DNA of 54,412 bases, counting the filler, from Bipalium vagum (lineage: Eukaryota), in assembly GCA_037834085.1 (NCBI GenBank). It is 3 parts of 3 records of this genome, joined end to end, with 100 filler letters (N's around TTAATTAATTAA, not from the genome) between each part and the next. Parts side by side here need not be neighbours in the genome. Positions count along the whole stretch, not along the records: positions 34,150 to 54,412 come from JBBMKC010256831.1; 2 more parts are not named here. One strand, written 5' to 3'. Position 1 is the stretch's first letter, and each line of letters starts with the position of its first letter. Made by a program: the position numbers and the translations under genes. The notes under the pieces are model-generated. The model was not told the DNA's origin. It ran no database searches and saw only the letters and a program-made list of their open reading frames with translations. This document shows, piece by piece, positions 49,701 through 54,412 of the stretch.

Positions 49701-50107
49701 ACCCAAAAACAGTAGCTTTTTTTCTGTTGCGGCCTCAGCTAGAGATATTTTTTCATTTATTTATAAGCCTGATTGTCACATAGTTCTTAAAACACGTTTC
49801 TTTCTTTCGAAACTTTTAAATTCCAATCGCATTTTATATATTTAAGACTGGTTGCTTTAATGTTTGTTTCTCGGATAATTAATCGACCTTTTCCATGAGA
49901 CAGATTTTTTATCGATCCACACTTCTTTTTTTCGATTCCAATATACTGGAAATAATAATGAATATAATTCACAGACATTCTGAGTTTATTTCCTATTAAT
50001 CTGATGGACTTGCACATACATCTGTAGACTTCAGTCATACATTTCTCTTTTTCTGTCATCCTGTCACTGATTGACATTTCTATTGTGTAAGTTAAAAATT
50101 ATGCTTA

Positions 50108-50993
50108 ACAGGTGTAACAAAAATTTTGATGAAAATAATGGAGTCATAAATAAACAAAAGTCATATAAATTTAAATAAAAAGTAGTTTTATTAAGAAATA
50201 CAGAACATCAAGTTGACATAACATTTATAATAAAACAAAAATTGGATCACTGTCTTCCATTTTCCATAAAATTGGTTTTGTTTTTACCCTTCATGCTTTG
50301 CAAGATGCTAACATTAAACTTTCATTTTTCTTGCAATTCTGAACTGCATAGACCTTGCGTTTTTGGCATCCCATCAGTTTTATATACTTCTTTACTCAAC
50401 CAGACCCAAACTTTTTATTTTAGCAGCTGCCTGTGGAAGGCTGCCGTTTTTTGGAACGAAATGCACATTTTTAATTTCAATCAATCGGTCATTGCATTTG
50501 AGTAATGCATCTGACCAAAAAGAATGTTATTATAATGGTATACTCTTATGAAGGAAGTTAATTTTGTGAGACACTTATTCTTAAAAGTATCAGAATTTAT
50601 TGCTTCACCTTTTGCTATTCTAAAAAGGAGAATTGAAATACCTATCTCTTACAAGACCTTCTGCCATCGACCAGGCAAGGTGAAAATCCAAACCTTTAAA
50701 ATTACTTAAGTGCTTTAAACTAAGATTTTAAAAACGTACAAAACAAGCGAAGTGGCTTTCCAAACAACCCAATATTACAAAAATTAGCCGTTTTGGCATG
50801 CTTCCAACCAATTGATATATATCTTTTCCTAATTCTAATTTTACAGTCATTTCAAATAATGAACGTAGCGTAAATATTTATTATTATAATATAAGCAATA
50901 TTAATTTATTTAAACAAATTCTGAGATATTAAAAAATATCAAAATTGTTTTAAAATGAGCTCCAAATTTTCACAAAACTCTTGTTACACCCGT
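50108..50993 (-). mobile_element. Tc1-like TIR element, internally deleted
   Basis: TA-flanked TIRs acaggtgtaacaaaaatttt / aaaactcttgttacacccgt; remnant KVWVWLSKEVY. Confidence 0.7.
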
Positions 50994-51165
50994 TATAAAT
51001 ATTTTACATATTTAATGTATTAACCTATCCAAATTTAAAATTTTATTCTTCTAATTAAAAATTATTTAATAAATTTAGTTTGAATTTGGTGCAAAAATAA
51101 ATTTGTGTCAACAAAGTATTTGAATTATTTAAACAAATGTCATTTAAATTGGAGGTATTGATACA

Positions 51166-51987
51166 TTAGGTTGCAAACTAATTTTTCGTGAATTTAATGT
51201 ATTACATATTTTGTTTAAACAGATTATATTTATTTTTTTAAAAAATAGATTTATTTGAAATCTATTTTACTTATTAACAAAATTATATCAATTATTTTGA
51301 TATATCATTTAATTTTTTAAAAAACCCACAGGTTTGAAATGAAATGCCAAAATTGTGTCTATACAAACTTAAAGTATAGAAAGATGAGTGGCTTTTGGTT
51401 GCGCAGGTACATCCAGAATTAAACCAGAATTGTATCCAAAAAATTATGATCTTCGTTTAGTGAAAATGAGATTGTCTGATACACTGGGAAATTATTCCAA
51501 AAGGTAAGGCAGTCGATAAGCTCCTATGCATAAACCAATTGCATCGAGTAAACAACATTATTAAAGTGAAATACCAGTATAAGCGAGTCAAAGTGATTCT
51601 TCTTCGTGTTAACGCTAGGTTGCACACAGCAAATATTACCAAAACCATCCTCCAAGAGCTCGATTTGGAAGTTCTCTCATATCCTGTATATTCTACGGAT
51701 CTTGCGACAACTGACTTTTTTCTCTTCCTCTCGCTGTCAAACCAAATTAAAAGTATTAATTTTCAGAAAGAAGATGATCTTAAAATTTGAATCACCAATT
51801 TCTTTCAGAAAAAATCTAGCAATTTCTGGAATAAAGGTTTCGACAAATTGTTGGAAGCCTTCGGTTCTAAACAATGACGGAAATTATGTTATAAAATGAT
51901 TTTCGCTATTATTCGTTAATAAACCATGCTTTAATTACTTCATTTTATATATTATAAAAAATCACGAAAAAGTCTGTTACAACCTAA
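51166..51987 (+). mobile_element. Internally deleted mariner
   Basis: TIRs ttaggttgcaaactaatttttcgtga / tcacgaaaaagtctgttacaacctaa; LLRVNARLH...YPVYSTDLATTDFFLF. Confidence 0.85.
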
Positions 51988-52288
51988 CACACATAAACCA
52001 AAATTAAACAGAATTTGTAAAATAGAATTTTGAGAAGAAAAAGAGCTCACTTTATTAAGGTATCAAATATTTTCAGTTTTCTAAACATATTTTTCATGAT
52101 GAAATTTTGTTTTATACAAAAATGCACTTTACACCGGATTAAACGTTAACTCAACACACGTTCGAAATTGACTAATTATATTTATATTATTATTAATACC
52201 AATAAACAACGGACGAATACAAGTGACTTGCAAAACCCCTAAACATTTCATATAACAGAGTCAATTTCGTACCGTATTAGTGATATTC

Positions 52289-53879
52289 ATGATTTGTTTT
52301 AATTATCATTTTATCACAATGGGTATGTTTTGATGTCCTTTTAAAGATGTCCCATGATCGCTCTGTCTTAGTTTTTATCAATTATTTTACCTATTGTTCC
52401 TGTAATTATATCTACACAAAAATTGATAAAGACATCCAAGTGGTGGAAACGATACATTTTCGGATATACATTCTTAATTTCCCTGGCATTATTATGTACT
52501 TTACGGATGCCATATATTTTAGAGCGGTGATTAAAATTGAAGAAATAAACGGAGAGAATTTTTTAATGTTGATCGGGCAGGACCGATATTACCAGAATAA
52601 AATGGCAAACTTGTGTTAGTAGACATTTATGGTATAACCATTTTCAAGGTTTCATTAAGGTAATCTTTTCAATTGTTCTCTCAATTATGTGAATATTGAT
52701 ATAAAAATATGGAGATTTAAAATAGAAGTCGTTTGCAACAACAAAAGCCACCAAATTTCGGAGGATGATAAGATTCACAAAAAAAGTTTATATTTTTTCA
52801 CCTTAAAATAAAAATATTTTATTATTTATTATTTATTATATATAATATATGAGTAGTTAAACATATTTTAAAATTTGTATAAAGTGTCCAATATTTAAAG
52901 GTCTTTTTTATTATATTTTTATAAAATTTTTTTAAGAATTACAAAATCGCGAACTTATTATAAATTGTTTTCACATGTTAAAATATTATAAGAAAGGCAC
53001 TATATATTAATTTATTGAATTTGTGTAAGTTTATCAAGTTTGTCAATTATTATTTTTATTGGTATTAATAAATCCTTTAAAAATTTCTTTTTTATATTTT
53101 CTGATCTTTATGGTGATAGGTGAGTGTATTGTGCAGAAACTAATTTGTTTTTATATTTCAAATCTTAATCTGTCGGGGTTCAAATTTGAGAGTTGTTGAC
53201 TATCTTATGACCAATTGCGTGAGATTTAAGAAAATTATTGATGTTATTTTGTGCTTTCTTTGTTGTTCTGTTGAAAAACAATAAATTATATTGTCTTATT
53301 GCTTGCTTCAGTTATTTTCCAGAATGGTAATTACTGAACCTAACATCGATAAAGTGAATGAATCAATATATGATGTTAACTATACATAATAAATCAATAA
53401 TATTTTTCTTAATTAGTCAATTTTTTTATTATTATTCTGAAATGTCACTTCAAGAAATTTTTGTCAAACAACTTTTCCTGATGTTTAAATATTTTTTAAA
53501 AAATTAAACTCTTTTTTTTTAAATCATTTACATTTTATTTAAATATATGATAAATTATTTAACATAGATATGTTTTTGGAGTTTCCGAATCCCTGGGTTT
53601 TTTCCGTTAATACCATGCACTTTTGGATGGGCAATGTTGGACCAGCAGATGGGTTCAGTATCAAACATCACATTTCCTTTAAAAACCAGTCTTTTGGTTG
53701 TCTGGATCTATTAAAGGTGGATAATAAAAGAGTCACTTTTAAAAAGGTCATAGGTTACTTTTCCTCATATTGTGACCATTTTTGTAAAAATTATGAATTA
53801 AACCAAATGTATTGTCCCATAAAGTCCCATAATTGCAGCATTTCCAAAATAGAAGATGATAAGCCATATTTTAAAAACG
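52289..53879 (+). CDS. Paralogue 2 of the laminin-G-like secreted/surface protein gene (probably continues beyond the window)
   Basis: Predicted exons are 52289-52322, 52372-52614, 52660-52785 and 53568-53879, with lengths 34/243/126/312 versus 34/243/126/318 in paralogue 1. Phases are the same, micro-introns are 49 and 45 nt, and it has FWMGN...SFGCLDLLKVDN plus conserved Cys residues. Confidence 0.75.
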
Positions 53880-54026
53880 GTTTGATATTTCCAATTTTAT
53901 TTATTTTTATTTTCATATTCACAATCATTAATATTTATTACTCTAAAAGGTCAAGTAACTTAACCTTTATTATTTTAAAATGACGAAAACAGTAAATAGA
54001 AGTTTAAAGAGTATTTTATGAATATA

Positions 54027-54412
54027 CCGGGTGTTCAAGTTAAAGTTCATAAAAAAAAGCGTAATATTTTTTATGCTGTAAAGTTTTATTGAAAATAAAT
54101 TTAGTTGATCGAATAACCTTTATTGCGGATTTAGTAAATCCTTCTTTATATATAAACTTATGTTGTTTAAATGCATAAATAATGACAATAAATAAATGTA
54201 CTGGTTTAAAATTATATTTTATTTTTAGATATGCCTTACATATTATCAAAATCGGATAAAACTAGGCTGGTAGAGCTATTTTTTAAAACTGAGCGTTTCG
54301 TTGAAACTCAGAAAAAATTTTCAACCAAAAAAAACTAAAACGAAAGAGTGACACACAAATAAGAAAGATTATTTTTAAATTCCAGCAAACTGGTTGCATT
54401 AATAAAGATCAC
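54027..54412. mobile_element. Possible start of a Tc1/mariner-type non-autonomous element
   Basis: TA-ccgggtgttc terminus-like motif, similar to TA-caggtgtgttcc at about 26946. Confidence 0.3.

Noticed and set aside
53880-53983. Apparent transmembrane tail LIFPILFIFIFIFTII of the 137-aa ORF
   Set aside because: It begins exactly at a GT donor shared with paralogue 1, which has a stop there. It is most likely T-rich intron read-through.

Overview
Very AT-rich eukaryotic (animal) genomic DNA. An invertebrate such as a flatworm is plausible, but the species cannot be fixed from the sequence. Two identical 100-nt spacers (44 N + TTAATTAATTAA + 44 N, at 17095-17194 and 34050-34149) indicate three artificially joined contigs. 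Contig A (1-17094) holds the last exon of an aquaporin (+) and the last two exons (TM1-TM4) of a nicotinic acetylcholine receptor subunit (-). Contig B (17195-34049) is transposon-dense. It has a Gypsy integrase followed by a decayed env-like membrane protein, a second Gypsy pol, pogo, mariner and P-like remnants, and a disrupted, intronless orphan reading frame of more than 630 codons. Contig C (34150-54412) holds Polinton/Maverick, mariner, Tc1, pogo and Gypsy debris. It also has two tandem, strongly diverged paralogues of a multi-exon secreted/surface protein gene (laminin-G-like, with 41-49 nt micro-introns) that the ORF track shows only as fragments. Two Penelope-type termini carry minimal hammerhead-ribozyme folds. 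All family assignments come from motif recognition by eye; no database search was run.
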